57,123 nucleotides of DNA from positions 1-57,123 of the forward strand of contig JALGVG010000004.1 of NCBI GenBank assembly GCA_029819875.1, in the 5' to 3' direction. The first letter of the stretch is position 1. Every line of letters starts with the position of its first letter. Below, piece by piece: positions 26,872 through 36,068 of the stretch. Under the pieces are notes generated by a model. The model saw only the letters and a list, made by a program, of their open reading frames with translations. It was not told where the DNA came from and ran no database searches. Source of the DNA: Candidatus Zipacnadia bacterium. Lineage in GTDB: Bacteria; Armatimonadota; Zipacnadia; Zipacnadales; Zipacnadaceae. Position numbers and translations under genes: made by a program.

Positions 26872-28221
26872 ATGAAGGAGAGTGTGAAGCAGTTGAGGAG
26901 GACAGCATGGACGGTAGTTGCCGCGCTACTGCTCTTGGACACCTGCATGACCGCCACGGCCAGCAAGTCGCTCTCCTCGTTGGAGATAACCGTCTGTATC
27001 ATGGAACCGACGTGGGCGCTGTTAAGTTGGCAACCCGGCAGAGGTGTTGACGCTTACCGGGTCTCGTATCGGTCAACCATTCGCCTGCCCAAGCAGCGTT
27101 GGCGCATAGTTCAGACGCAAAACCCCTGGCATCTTCTGCGCGACTTGAAACCAGATACCGAATACCAGGTGCGCATCAGTGCACTGGCCCGGGGCGCTGC
27201 TGCGGGGAAGCGGTACGCCGTGCTGGCCCGTGGCGAGGCGTTGTTTACTACTCCACCCGACCGGGCGAGGCTTTGGCAAGGGCTTGAAATACACCCCAGC
27301 CGGGCGTTGAATACCCTCGGCGCCACCACCTGGCCCGCACTGGCCTCCCTGTCAGAGCGGTTGTTCCTGTTTGAATTCCTGGCCGGGGGGCTGTATGTAT
27401 CGGAGCTGAAACCCGGCCGATTGACGCCGCTTTACAGCCTGCCACTGCTCGCCGGCACAGAGGGCACTGATCGCTTCTGCTTGACTGCGTGCGTGTTGGG
27501 AGGGCGGATATGGTTGACTTGGATCGAGCGGCAACAGGCAGGCGGCATCCAGATGCTGGCTTCGTGGGCACCTGATGAGGAAGGCCCTATCACGCCCACC
27601 GAAATCGCCCGGGCACGCTGGTGCTCCATGGCGCCTGCGGGTGACCAGTTGTGGCTCGTGTGGCAGCCTGCAGGTTCCGGTGACAAGCCGTTTGTGGCGG
27701 CGCCGTACACGATAGGCGTGGGACTGGGACAATCAACCCTCTGGGATGATACTCCCCCCGGAGCAGTCCAGCCCTCGGTCGCCTCGTTCCACGCCCAGAT
27801 GGCCATTCCGTTTATAGTGGAACAAGACGGGCGCCGTTCGCTGTGGTGCACGCTGTTCAACAGCGAAGCGTTCACTGATATGCGGATGTTGCGACGCCTG
27901 GGAGACAGTTCCACGCCCCGCGCCTGCGCGCTGGAAGGTTCCCTGTACGTGGTCTACAACAACCACCTGCACTATTCCCAGGGTGCAACGCCCAGAGCGG
28001 ACCTGGTGGTGACCCAGGTCGACCCCGGCGGTTTCAGCCTCAGCAGCACGGTATTGGTGGGGGATGGTAATTTCAACTGCTGCGCCTCGCTGGCACTCCT
28101 GGATGGATCCCTGTGGGTGGCTTACAACAAGTCATTCGCCGATCCTGCCACCTCCCGGCTCATCAACCTGGGGACTTTCTTGACGCGCATTGCACTGCCG
28201 CCCCTGCAGACCTCCTCCTGA
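26872..28221 (+). CDS. exported protein with fibronectin type III domain and repeated G-x-L-W-L/V-x-W/Y strands
   Basis: Signal peptide and FN3-like segment (WALLSWQPGRGVDAYRVSYRS...LKPDTEYQVRISAL). Four blade-like repeats follow (GGRIWLTWIE, GDQLWLVWQP, EGSLYVVYNN, DGSLWVAYNK). Confidence 0.6.
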   Translation: MKESVKQLRRTAWTVVAALLLLDTCMTATASKSLSSLEITVCIMEPTWALLSWQPGRGVDAYRVSYRSTIRLPKQRWRIVQTQNPWHLLRDLKPDTEYQVRISALARGAAAGKRYAVLARGEALFTTPPDRARLWQGLEIHPSRALNTLGATTWPALASLSERLFLFEFLAGGLYVSELKPGRLTPLYSLPLLAGTEGTDRFCLTACVLGGRIWLTWIERQQAGGIQMLASWAPDEEGPITPTEIARARWCSMAPAGDQLWLVWQPAGSGDKPFVAAPYTIGVGLGQSTLWDDTPPGAVQPSVASFHAQMAIPFIVEQDGRRSLWCTLFNSEAFTDMRMLRRLGDSSTPRACALEGSLYVVYNNHLHYSQGATPRADLVVTQVDPGGFSLSSTVLVGDGNFNCCASLALLDGSLWVAYNKSFADPATSRLINLGTFLTRIALPPLQTSS

Positions 28222-28241
28222 GACTGTCTACCCCGGCACTG

Positions 28242-29243
28242 CTATATCGCAGTGGCAAAGGCTTGCAGGATTTGGGTCAGCACTATCAAGGCCTCGGCAG
28301 TGGCATCAACGACGTCGGACTCCTCGTTTTCACCCATTGACAGCATCAGCCAACTGCCGTTGCTCAGTTGCATTTCCAACAGGTTGTTGCCCACTTCCTC
28401 GGTGGTCTGCGCATAGCTGGTGCTGCCGGTGGCCGTGTAAAGCACCGCGGCCGCCCACCCTACAAATGCGCTCCTTTCGCTGCTGTACCGGTCATCAGAG
28501 CAGCCCGCTATGAATGTCATGTAGGCTTGTGCGGCATCCAGGTATTTTCGCTCGCCGGTTGCCTCGTACATCAGGCCCAAGAAACCGGCAGCCATGGCCG
28601 GTACATGGTACCATTGCTCGGGCTTGGTAGCATCCACCAGGTACATCTTCAGCATTGCATCGGGAATGGTAGTGATGAGTGTTTGCCCATTGCGCACTGC
28701 GTAGAAGAGGTGGGTATCGGCCCCGGCAGGTTGTTCATCCAGCAGCCAGATGAGGAACTCGGCGGCGCTTGCGGCTGCCTCCAGGTTACCGGTGTGAAGC
28801 ATGGCCAGGCCCACTGTGGCCGTGGTCAACGCATCCTGTTCGTCGTCAAAGCCGGCGCTGGGCCCAATGCTGAAAAAGCCACCGGTCTCGGGATGTTGCA
28901 AGGTGGCCAAGAATGAAGCTGCGGGTATGGAGATTCCGAATTGGCCCAGCCGGTGCGCACCGCATACCACCCATGAGTTGGCAAGCAGATAATGGCTCTG
29001 GTGAAGGGGAGTGCGCGGGAAATGACCGCCGATATCACCCTCCTCGTCCAGGCAGTTGGCCTGTATCCAACTGCACAATCTTGCCGCCCGTTCGACCTGC
29101 CCCATCACCGCCAGCGCCATCAATACCTTGTGAAAGGTGGCTACTCCCAGTCGCACGGGCCTAAACGAGCCGTCCTCGTTTTGCTGGCTCAGTAACCATT
29201 TGGTTCCTGCGATTGTCGCCTGCCGGTACCTCTTAATGTCCAT
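28242..29243 (-). CDS. prenyltransferase/squalene-oxidase-repeat (alpha/alpha toroid) protein
   Basis: QW-like motifs at both ends (WLLSQQNEDGSFR, LLEMQLSNGSWLM). The body is helical-repeat rich and has no signal peptide. Confidence 0.6.
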   Translation of the reverse strand: MDIKRYRQATIAGTKWLLSQQNEDGSFRPVRLGVATFHKVLMALAVMGQVERAARLCSWIQANCLDEEGDIGGHFPRTPLHQSHYLLANSWVVCGAHRLGQFGISIPAASFLATLQHPETGGFFSIGPSAGFDDEQDALTTATVGLAMLHTGNLEAAASAAEFLIWLLDEQPAGADTHLFYAVRNGQTLITTIPDAMLKMYLVDATKPEQWYHVPAMAAGFLGLMYEATGERKYLDAAQAYMTFIAGCSDDRYSSERSAFVGWAAAVLYTATGSTSYAQTTEEVGNNLLEMQLSNGSWLMLSMGENEESDVVDATAEALIVLTQILQAFATAI

Positions 29244-29381
29244 CAGTTAACCTCCGAATTATGACTGCACCGCTGGTGTCAGGAGACCAGCAGAACATGC
29301 TTATTCCTTGCCGGTGCCAATCATTCCTCCATCCTCCGGCCCAGAAGGTCAAGCCAATACGGTAACGAATATGTTGCCTCG

Positions 29382-30197
29382 ATGAAGCCGGCCACAATTA
29401 TTGAACCCGACGACGCGCACCAAGCACTGCTCAGAGAGTTTGACCTCAGGGAGATAGACAACCCTCAAGCGCGGGCTGCACATCGCCTCAAGTACATGGC
29501 ACGCCTCAACGCCGTGCTCCGGGCGGTACAGCGGGCTGTCCCGGCCGGCGGCCGCGTGCTGGAGGTGGGCTGCTCGCAGGCAAATGCCAGCTTGCTGCTG
29601 GCAGAGCAGGGATATCGGGCCGTCGCCGTGGACTTGCTGCCCGCGGCGCTCGCTTATGCGCGCAAGAAATACCAGTACGGGCAGTTCATGCCTGTAGTCG
29701 GCAATGCCGCGCAACTGCCCTGTGCACCCGGCAGCTTCGATGCCGTCATCCTCGGCGAGCTGCTGGAACACTGCTCCCAGCCACCCTTGATCATTTCACA
29801 GGCGCTGGACAAGCTGCGGCCGGCAGGCCTGCTAGTTGTCACCACACCCAATCGCTCGCTGCGCTCCGGCAGCCTGCCGACCTACGGCGAATTCGAACCC
29901 TCCACCGACAGTGAACATCACCAGTACGGCCCCCACGGGGACCACCATCTTTTCGTCTTCACCGCCGGCCAGCTACGGCGCCTGCTGGCGGACTGCGGCC
30001 TGCAAAACGTCCGTCTGCGCCTGATCGGGTGCCCGGTGATGTCGGACAGGTTCTTCCCGCTCAAACGGTTGCTGCCGTTGGGGGTCATAAACCTGGTGAG
30101 TGACTTGGTATGCAATGTGCCGATTGTCGGGCCCAAAGTGGCCTACACGCTGATGGCCACCGGCCGCAAATCTTCGCACGAAAGGAGCTGTCAATGA
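29382..30197 (+). CDS. class I SAM-dependent methyltransferase
   Basis: VLEVGCSQANASLLLAEQGYRAVAVDL (motif I) and FDAVILGELLEH are present. Confidence 0.85.
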   Translation: MKPATIIEPDDAHQALLREFDLREIDNPQARAAHRLKYMARLNAVLRAVQRAVPAGGRVLEVGCSQANASLLLAEQGYRAVAVDLLPAALAYARKKYQYGQFMPVVGNAAQLPCAPGSFDAVILGELLEHCSQPPLIISQALDKLRPAGLLVVTTPNRSLRSGSLPTYGEFEPSTDSEHHQYGPHGDHHLFVFTAGQLRRLLADCGLQNVRLRLIGCPVMSDRFFPLKRLLPLGVINLVSDLVCNVPIVGPKVAYTLMATGRKSSHERSCQ

Positions 30198-31108
30198 ACG
30201 ATAAGCGCGTCTTCGTATGCTTTACCATGGATTGTGAAACATTACAGGGCAGGGCGGGGGCCGGCGGGCCCGCGGACTGGAAGCTGGCGGAGCAGGCAAT
30301 GCGCGGATACGTCGAGTACCTTGCCGACCGCGGCTACAGTGCTACCCTCTTCCTGGTCCCCGAGACTGCAGAGGTACTCAGCCATGTAGCCCAAGACCTT
30401 GCGGCGGCGGGTGCAGACATCGGTTCACACATGCACCCACAGGACGCTGATGTTGGATATGACGGCTACCTGGGTGAGTTTGACTACGACACGCAGTGGC
30501 AGATCCTTGGCCGGGCGCGCGACCGTTTCGCCCAGGCCATCGGCTTTGCACCGACCTCATTCCGCCCCGGTAACTTCTCCGCCAACAACCACACATTCTC
30601 CGTGCTCGTCGACTTGGGTTACCGGCAAGGAAGCGTGTCATTGCCGGGCCGGCAGATAGCCAAGATTGCCGCGCGCTGGGACGGCGCCGAGCCTTTCGCG
30701 CACTGGGCCAACGGCAACGACTACAAGCGTGCGGGCAACCTGGATTTCCTGGAGCTGCCTTGCACCGCTCATCCCCAGGACGCCAGCCACCCTCGCGAGG
30801 GCGTAGACCCCCGGCACCTGCGCCTGGAGCGCGACGACTTCTGCGAGTACGGCCGCCAGATCGTCGAGCAAAGCCTGGACATGCAGATAGCAAACAATCA
30901 CCCGCTCAAGGTGATTGTCGCCATGACCCACAATACGCGCGACTACGGCAACCCTGCCGAGCCTGCCCGACAGCACCTGCAGTGGCTGTTGGATACCATC
31001 GAGCAGGCAGCCGCCGCCCGCGGGTTAGAGCTGGTGCCGGCTACTCTTGCCCGGATCCGTGCCGCTGCTGTGGCCCTGCCGCTGCATCCGGACGCAGGCA
31101 CTGGCTAG
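30194..31108 (+). CDS. polysaccharide deacetylase-like (CE4-superfamily-like) protein
   Basis: AAAGGAG RBS. ATG 30194 overlaps the methyltransferase stop (ATGA). MNDKRVFVCFTMDCETL opening and His-rich blocks (GSHMHP, MTHNTRDYG). The family call is tentative. Confidence 0.55.
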   Translation: MNDKRVFVCFTMDCETLQGRAGAGGPADWKLAEQAMRGYVEYLADRGYSATLFLVPETAEVLSHVAQDLAAAGADIGSHMHPQDADVGYDGYLGEFDYDTQWQILGRARDRFAQAIGFAPTSFRPGNFSANNHTFSVLVDLGYRQGSVSLPGRQIAKIAARWDGAEPFAHWANGNDYKRAGNLDFLELPCTAHPQDASHPREGVDPRHLRLERDDFCEYGRQIVEQSLDMQIANNHPLKVIVAMTHNTRDYGNPAEPARQHLQWLLDTIEQAAAARGLELVPATLARIRAAAVALPLHPDAGTG

Positions 31109-32056
31109 TATTTCCAGGATGACGTCGTCGTAACTCATCCCTGCCGCCTTCGCGGCGGCAGGGATGTCCGATATTTCGGTCAGCCCGGGCACACTGTTCA
31201 CCTCGTGGATCCAGACGGCGCCTTGGCCATCAACGTGCATGTCCACCCGGCTGATACCCAGGCATCCGAGCTCCTTGTGTGCCGCCAGCGCCGCTTCCTG
31301 GGCCAACTCTGCTGTTTGCGGCGAAATGCGAGCCGGGCAAATGAGGTCCGTCATGCCCTTGGTGTACTTGGCCTCGTAGCTGTAAAACTCCGTTCGCGGC
31401 ACAAGTTCCAGCACCGGCAGCGCCCGCGTTCGCGGCCCCACGCCGATGATGCCGACCGTAATCTCCGGGCCCTCGATAAACCGCTCGATAATGGCAGCCC
31501 CGAACTCGTCAACGCACCGGGCGATCGCCGTCTGCAGTTCATCGCTGCTCTTGGGAATACTCACACCCACACTCGACCCCTGGTCAACAGGCTTCACCAC
31601 GCACGGCAAACCCACTTGTTCGATGACTTCATCCGCGCTGCATGCTCTTTGCTCGCGGCTGACGTACACCCAGTCGGGAGTCGGCAGGTCAACCGCCCGC
31701 AGTATGCGCTTGGTCTGGTGCTTGTTCATCGTCAGCGCACTGGCCAGCACGCCGGAGCCGGTGTAGGGGATGCCGGCCAGCTCGAGAACAGCGGCGATGG
31801 TCCCGTTTTCCCCCGCTCCGCCGTGCAGGGCGTTGAAACACACCTCCGCCTCCGCCTGCCGTATTTGCTGGACCAGGTTCGGGCCCGGATCGATGGCCAC
31901 GGCATCAAATCCATGGCGCTGCAAGGCGCTCAATACCCCTTTACCTGACCGCAGCGACACTTCCCGCTCGCTGGATCGGCCTCCCATCAGCACTGCAATG
32001 CGCTTGCCCTTCAATGCATCCAATTGACATTCACAATTAGCGGCCTTCGACAGCAT
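31025..32056 (-). CDS. ddl: D-alanine--D-alanine ligase
   Basis: KRIAVLMGGRSSEREVSLRSG, HGGAGENGT, and an ATP-grasp body ending EVNSVPGLT. Start ATG 32056 overlaps the upstream gene by 20 nt. Confidence 0.9.
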   Translation of the reverse strand: MLSKAANCECQLDALKGKRIAVLMGGRSSEREVSLRSGKGVLSALQRHGFDAVAIDPGPNLVQQIRQAEAEVCFNALHGGAGENGTIAAVLELAGIPYTGSGVLASALTMNKHQTKRILRAVDLPTPDWVYVSREQRACSADEVIEQVGLPCVVKPVDQGSSVGVSIPKSSDELQTAIARCVDEFGAAIIERFIEGPEITVGIIGVGPRTRALPVLELVPRTEFYSYEAKYTKGMTDLICPARISPQTAELAQEAALAAHKELGCLGISRVDMHVDGQGAVWIHEVNSVPGLTEISDIPAAAKAAGMSYDDVILEILASACVRMQRQGHSSGTDPGKSSRHQL

Positions 32057-33305
32057 TCGTATCAACCGGTTCCGTGTTAGTGTCTTGCTGCGACGTTTCC
32101 CGGCGCTGCGGCAACTGCATAAGCAGCGAGATGTCAACTCCTTGTGCGATCTGGCCGGGCTCCAGGCTCAGCGGCGGAGGCGGGCCTTCCTGGTCCGCTT
32201 TCTGCAACCCGTAAAAGCCCGCCTTGTCCGCCGGGCCGATTTGCCCGTCCCCGTTGGCGTCGCCAAATGCCCCGACATAGTAGTTGGCTGCATGCAGTGC
32301 GGCGCAGTAGCGGCCCTTGTCGTCACACTTTACCTGCACGATCTTTTCGCTCAACTGCGGGTCGCCGAAGAATATCACGATGGCACCGGGTGCCGGCTCC
32401 CCCGCGGCCCGCACCGTGCCGCTGACAATCGCCGGCAGCGAGCCGATCTGAATCCTGGGCCCCCGCGTCCTGCCCTGGTCCTTCACCAGCAGTCCCCGCG
32501 TGTCAATGCCCCACTCCAAGGGCACCGTGAGCCCGTCGACGTTTTCGTTCACCTCCAGGTGTAACACCGGCATGTTGGGTCCCAGTGCGGCCGAGTACTC
32601 GGCAATGCCGACGATGTCACCTGCGTCTATTCGCCCGCTGCCGTTGAGATCTTGGACAGCCAGCAGGTGATACCCTGCCGGGGGCAGCTCAACCGAAAAT
32701 GCTCCTTCCTTGTCGCACTTGGCGGCGGCAGAGACAGCGCGCGGGAACACGGCGTCGAACAGCACGAAAACCGGCAAGTCCCCGTCAAGGAGGGTCTCGC
32801 ACCGCCCTGTCACAGTGGCACGCCCCGCCTCCGGTAACGGCGAGGGAGGCCGTACGGCAATTGCCTTGAGCCTGCCGTCGGCTTGTGCTTGGACGGATAT
32901 GCTTATCATAACAGTGGGAGAGAGCATCCCGCGGTCAATAACAAGCGGCGGAGGGCCCTGCCGGCGCGTCACGTCGGTCACGCCGTAAAATCCCATCCCG
33001 TCGCCCGCGTCCCACTTGCCGTTGCCGTTGGTGTCAACTACGGCCACCAACCAGTAAGCGCCGGGCGGCAGCAGCAGGATGAAATTGCCGCTCGCGCTCT
33101 GGGTATTGACCGCCGCGACGAGCCGAGTGTGCCGGGCATCGGAGAATACCCGTATGTTGCCGCGGCTGAGGTCGTGTCCAGGCCATGACAAGTAGCCTAT
33201 CACGGGCACGCGCTCGGGCTCCGAGGTCGGCTGTTCGGTTGCCCCGGCCCCATGAGCGGCTGCCAAGCCGACAAGCAGCAATACATAAATCAAACACTTT
33301 CGCAT
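32037..33305 (-). CDS. exported protein with three tandem beta-sandwich modules each ending in a DxNGxGxxDxGD loop
   Basis: Signal peptide MRKCLIYVLLLVGLAAAHGAGA. Three ~110-aa repeats contain DTNGNGKWDAGD, DLNGSGRIDAGD and DANGDGQIGPAD. Confidence 0.7.
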   Translation of the reverse strand: MRKCLIYVLLLVGLAAAHGAGATEQPTSEPERVPVIGYLSWPGHDLSRGNIRVFSDARHTRLVAAVNTQSASGNFILLLPPGAYWLVAVVDTNGNGKWDAGDGMGFYGVTDVTRRQGPPPLVIDRGMLSPTVMISISVQAQADGRLKAIAVRPPSPLPEAGRATVTGRCETLLDGDLPVFVLFDAVFPRAVSAAAKCDKEGAFSVELPPAGYHLLAVQDLNGSGRIDAGDIVGIAEYSAALGPNMPVLHLEVNENVDGLTVPLEWGIDTRGLLVKDQGRTRGPRIQIGSLPAIVSGTVRAAGEPAPGAIVIFFGDPQLSEKIVQVKCDDKGRYCAALHAANYYVGAFGDANGDGQIGPADKAGFYGLQKADQEGPPPPLSLEPGQIAQGVDISLLMQLPQRRETSQQDTNTEPVDTNAVEGR

Positions 33306-33409
33306 ATGCAATATTCTTGGGCGAGACATTGGTAGCATTTGTCCCTGCACCTATTATTCGCACGGCGCAGCCCTCTGACCTGCGCACAGGCCGCATGCAT
33401 TTTTGCCCG

Positions 33410-33450
33410 GAGACAGACAGAAAGAAGGGCGGAAACAATCGTTTCCGCCC
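33410..33450 (-). terminator. intrinsic terminator downstream of groEL
   Basis: 10-bp stem GGGCGGAAAC/GTTTCCGCCC (33427-33450) with a 4-nt loop, followed on the minus strand by TTCTTTCTGTCTGTC. Confidence 0.8.
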
Positions 33451-33474
33451 TCGTCAATTGCCGTTACCGGGCCG

Positions 33475-35112
33475 CTACATCATGCCCGGCATGCCGCCCA
33501 TTCCTGCACCTGCCCCGCTGCCGGCGCTCTTCTTGTTCTCCTCTATCTCGGAGACGGCACTTTCAGTTGTCATGATCATGCTTGCAATGCTTACCGCGTT
33601 TTCGAGGGCCGAGCGGGTGACCTTCAACGGATCGGCGATGCCGGCCTCGATCATGTTCACATATTCACCCTTGGTCACATCGAAACCGATGCCGTCCTTG
33701 GCTTCCGCTATCTTCATGACCACGACGCGGCCTTCATAGCCGCCGTTTTCGGCGATTGCCACTGCCGGCCCGGCAAGTGCGTCGCGTACTATCTGAATGC
33801 CGGTCTTGACATCCTCGTTGTCGGCACGCAGCTTGTCCAAGGCCGACATTGCGTGGATCAGCGCTGCACCGCCGCCGGGCACGATGCCTTCTTCAACCGC
33901 CGCCCGGGTTGCGGACAGAGCGTCTTCAAAGCGATGCTGCTTCTCCTTCAACTCTGTCTCGGTCGCCGCTCCCACGTTAATGCGAGCGACACCGCCGGCC
34001 AGCTTCGCCAGCCGCTCTTCCAACTTCTCGCGATCGTAGTTGGAGTCCGTCTCCTCGATCTGGCGGCGGATCTGGTTGATGCGGGCCTTAATGGCCTCAG
34101 ACGAGCCGGCGCCGTCAATGATGGTCGTGGTGTCCTTGTCCACCACTATGCGCCCGGCCCTGCCCAGCATGTCCAACGTCACGTTTTCCAGCTTGATACC
34201 GAGATCCTCGGACAAGAACGTGCCGTCGGTGAGAATGGCCATGTCTTCCAGCATCGCCTTGCGCCGGTCGCCAAAGCCGGGTGCCTTCACCGCCACACAT
34301 TGCAGCGCACCCCGCAGCTTGTTGACCACCATCGTCGCCAGCGCCTCGCCCTCTACATCCTCGGCAACAACCAGCAGCGGCTTGCCGGCATTGACTATCT
34401 GCTCGAGGACGGGCACGATGTCTGTAACGCTGCTGATCTTCTTCTCGTACAGCAGCACGTAGGCGTCATCCAGCACCACTTCCATGCTCTCGGGGCGGTT
34501 GACAAAGTACGGCGACAGGTACCCCTTGTCAAACTGCATCCCCTCCACCAGTTCCAAGGTCGTCTCCATGCTCTTTGATTCCTCGACAGTAATTACCCCG
34601 TCCTTGCCCACCTCTTGCATGGCATCGGCTACGATTTTTCCTATCTGCTCGTCGTTGCCGGCGATAGCCGCCACGTTCTTCATCTCTTCAGGACTGCTGA
34701 CCTCGATCGCCATCTTGCGCAGCCGCTCCACTATCGCCTCCACAGCCATATCCATGCCCCGCTTTATGAACATGGGGTTGGCGCCGGCCGCAACCGCCTT
34801 CAGGCCCTGCTTGAGCATTGCCTGGGCCAGCACCGTCGCCGTGGTGGTCCCGTCACCGGCCACGTCATTGGTTTGCGAGGCCACCTCTTTGAGCAATTGG
34901 GCACCCAGATTCTCGAACCGGTCCTCCAACTCGATCTCCTTGGCGACGGTAACGCCGTCCTTGGTGATAGTTGGTGAACCGAATTTTTTCTCAATCAGCA
35001 CGTTGCGACCACGGGGGCCAAGCGTGACCTTCACCGCCCTGGCAACCACGTCGGCGCCGCGTTCGAGGCTGCGACGCGCCTCCTCGTTGTATATGATTTC
35101 CTTTGCAGGCAT
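33475..35112 (-). CDS. groL: chaperonin GroEL
   Basis: [14 protein letters not shown]...[14 protein letters not shown]... and C-terminal [11 protein letters not shown]. Confidence 0.98.
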   Translation of the reverse strand: MPAKEIIYNEEARRSLERGADVVARAVKVTLGPRGRNVLIEKKFGSPTITKDGVTVAKEIELEDRFENLGAQLLKEVASQTNDVAGDGTTTATVLAQAMLKQGLKAVAAGANPMFIKRGMDMAVEAIVERLRKMAIEVSSPEEMKNVAAIAGNDEQIGKIVADAMQEVGKDGVITVEESKSMETTLELVEGMQFDKGYLSPYFVNRPESMEVVLDDAYVLLYEKKISSVTDIVPVLEQIVNAGKPLLVVAEDVEGEALATMVVNKLRGALQCVAVKAPGFGDRRKAMLEDMAILTDGTFLSEDLGIKLENVTLDMLGRAGRIVVDKDTTTIIDGAGSSEAIKARINQIRRQIEETDSNYDREKLEERLAKLAGGVARINVGAATETELKEKQHRFEDALSATRAAVEEGIVPGGGAALIHAMSALDKLRADNEDVKTGIQIVRDALAGPAVAIAENGGYEGRVVVMKIAEAKDGIGFDVTKGEYVNMIEAGIADPLKVTRSALENAVSIASMIMTTESAVSEIEENKKSAGSGAGAGMGGMPGMM

Positions 35113-35172
35113 ATACGAAGTCGCCTCCTTCTTCTCTCGTCTCAGTCAGATAATTGTCAAAAAGCTACCATG

Positions 35173-35457
35173 TTAGTCATTCCGCACCGCCAGGATGTCG
35201 TTCTCCTCCAAAATCAAATACTCCTCGCCGTCAATCTTTATCTCGGTGCCACCGAAGGAGGCATAGATTACAATATCACCCTCCTTGACCCGGCTTTCGC
35301 CCTCGTCGTCAGCATAGATACCATCCGTTCCCACCGCGACAACCTTGCCCTCTCGCGGCCGTTCCTGGGCCGCCTCCGGCAATATAATTCCACCGGCACT
35401 CTTTTCCTCAGCTTCCAGCGGCTTGACTAGCGCTCTGTTCCCGAGCGGCTTTAGCAT
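35173..35457 (-). CDS. groS: co-chaperonin GroES
   Basis: [28 protein letters not shown]...; AGGTGG lies 9 nt before ATG 35457. Confidence 0.97.
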   Translation of the reverse strand: MLKPLGNRALVKPLEAEEKSAGGIILPEAAQERPREGKVVAVGTDGIYADDEGESRVKEGDIVIYASFGGTEIKIDGEEYLILEENDILAVRND

Positions 35458-35559
35458 GGAAAACACCACCTTCTTCGTTTATGTGATTGTCTCTTATTTG
35501 CGTCTATGGACAGGCGATTCCCCATCCCTGATGCTCTATTGGTGCGAACAAGGCACTTG

Positions 35560-35586
35560 TTAGCACTCGGCTTGACCGAGTGCTAA
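35560..35586 (-). promoter_or_regulatory. CIRCE operator (HrcA binding site) upstream of groES
   Basis: Perfect TTAGCACTC-N9-GAGTGCTAA read directly from the sequence. Confidence 0.92.
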
Positions 35587-35593
35587 CAACGCC

Positions 35594-35623
35594 ATTATAT
35601 ACTCTTCCCGAACGCCCTGTCAA
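35594..35623 (-). promoter_or_regulatory. sigma-70-like promoter of groESL
   Basis: On the minus strand: TTGACA, 18-nt spacer, TATAAT (with overlapping TATATA), immediately upstream of CIRCE. Confidence 0.6.
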
Positions 35624-35708
35624 GAAGACTATCCTGTACTGACTGCTACTGTAGGCCAACAACCATTTCTCCACCGGCCATCCCACTATGCCGCGGTGGT
35701 TTCTACAC

Positions 35709-35960
35709 CTATTTTAGGCCTAGCAAGCGGTCGATTTTCGCCTTGTCGAATCCCACGACTGTCTGCCCCTTTATCAGTAGCACCGGCACGCCGCGAATGC
35801 GGCGGCGCTCCAACTCGCGACGCGCCCGCGGGTCGCGCGATGCATCCACTTCGTCGTAGCGGATTTTCTTCTGGCGCAAGTACTGCTTGACAGCGCTGCA
35901 CCACCCGCAACCGGGTGCGGTGAACAATATTACTTTGGGTTGGGTTGTTCGTTTCACCAT
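35709..35960 (-). CDS. glutaredoxin/NrdH-like thioredoxin-fold protein (CGWC active site)
   Basis: KVILFTAPGCGWCSAVKQYL...GVPVLLIKGQTVVGFD. ATG 35960 has GGAG 11 nt upstream. Confidence 0.8.
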   Translation of the reverse strand: MVKRTTQPKVILFTAPGCGWCSAVKQYLRQKKIRYDEVDASRDPRARRELERRRIRGVPVLLIKGQTVVGFDKAKIDRLLGLK

Positions 35961-36011
35961 CTCTTGATACTCCTGTCCTTGTAACGGTAACACCTCGGCT
36001 GTGCTCTACTT

Positions 36012-36041
36012 GCGGGGGCCTGCGACGATCGAGGCCCCCGC
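36012..36041 (-). terminator. GC-rich stem-loop after clpC (no U-tract; terminator or processing/attenuator hairpin)
   Basis: GCGGGGGCC / GGCCCCCGC 9-bp stem with a 12-nt loop. Confidence 0.3.
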
Positions 36042-36068
36042 CTCGGCGCTGTGTGTCATAACCGCCGG

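Noticed and set aside
33403-34578. 391-aa plus-strand ORF
   Set aside because: It is antisense to groEL.
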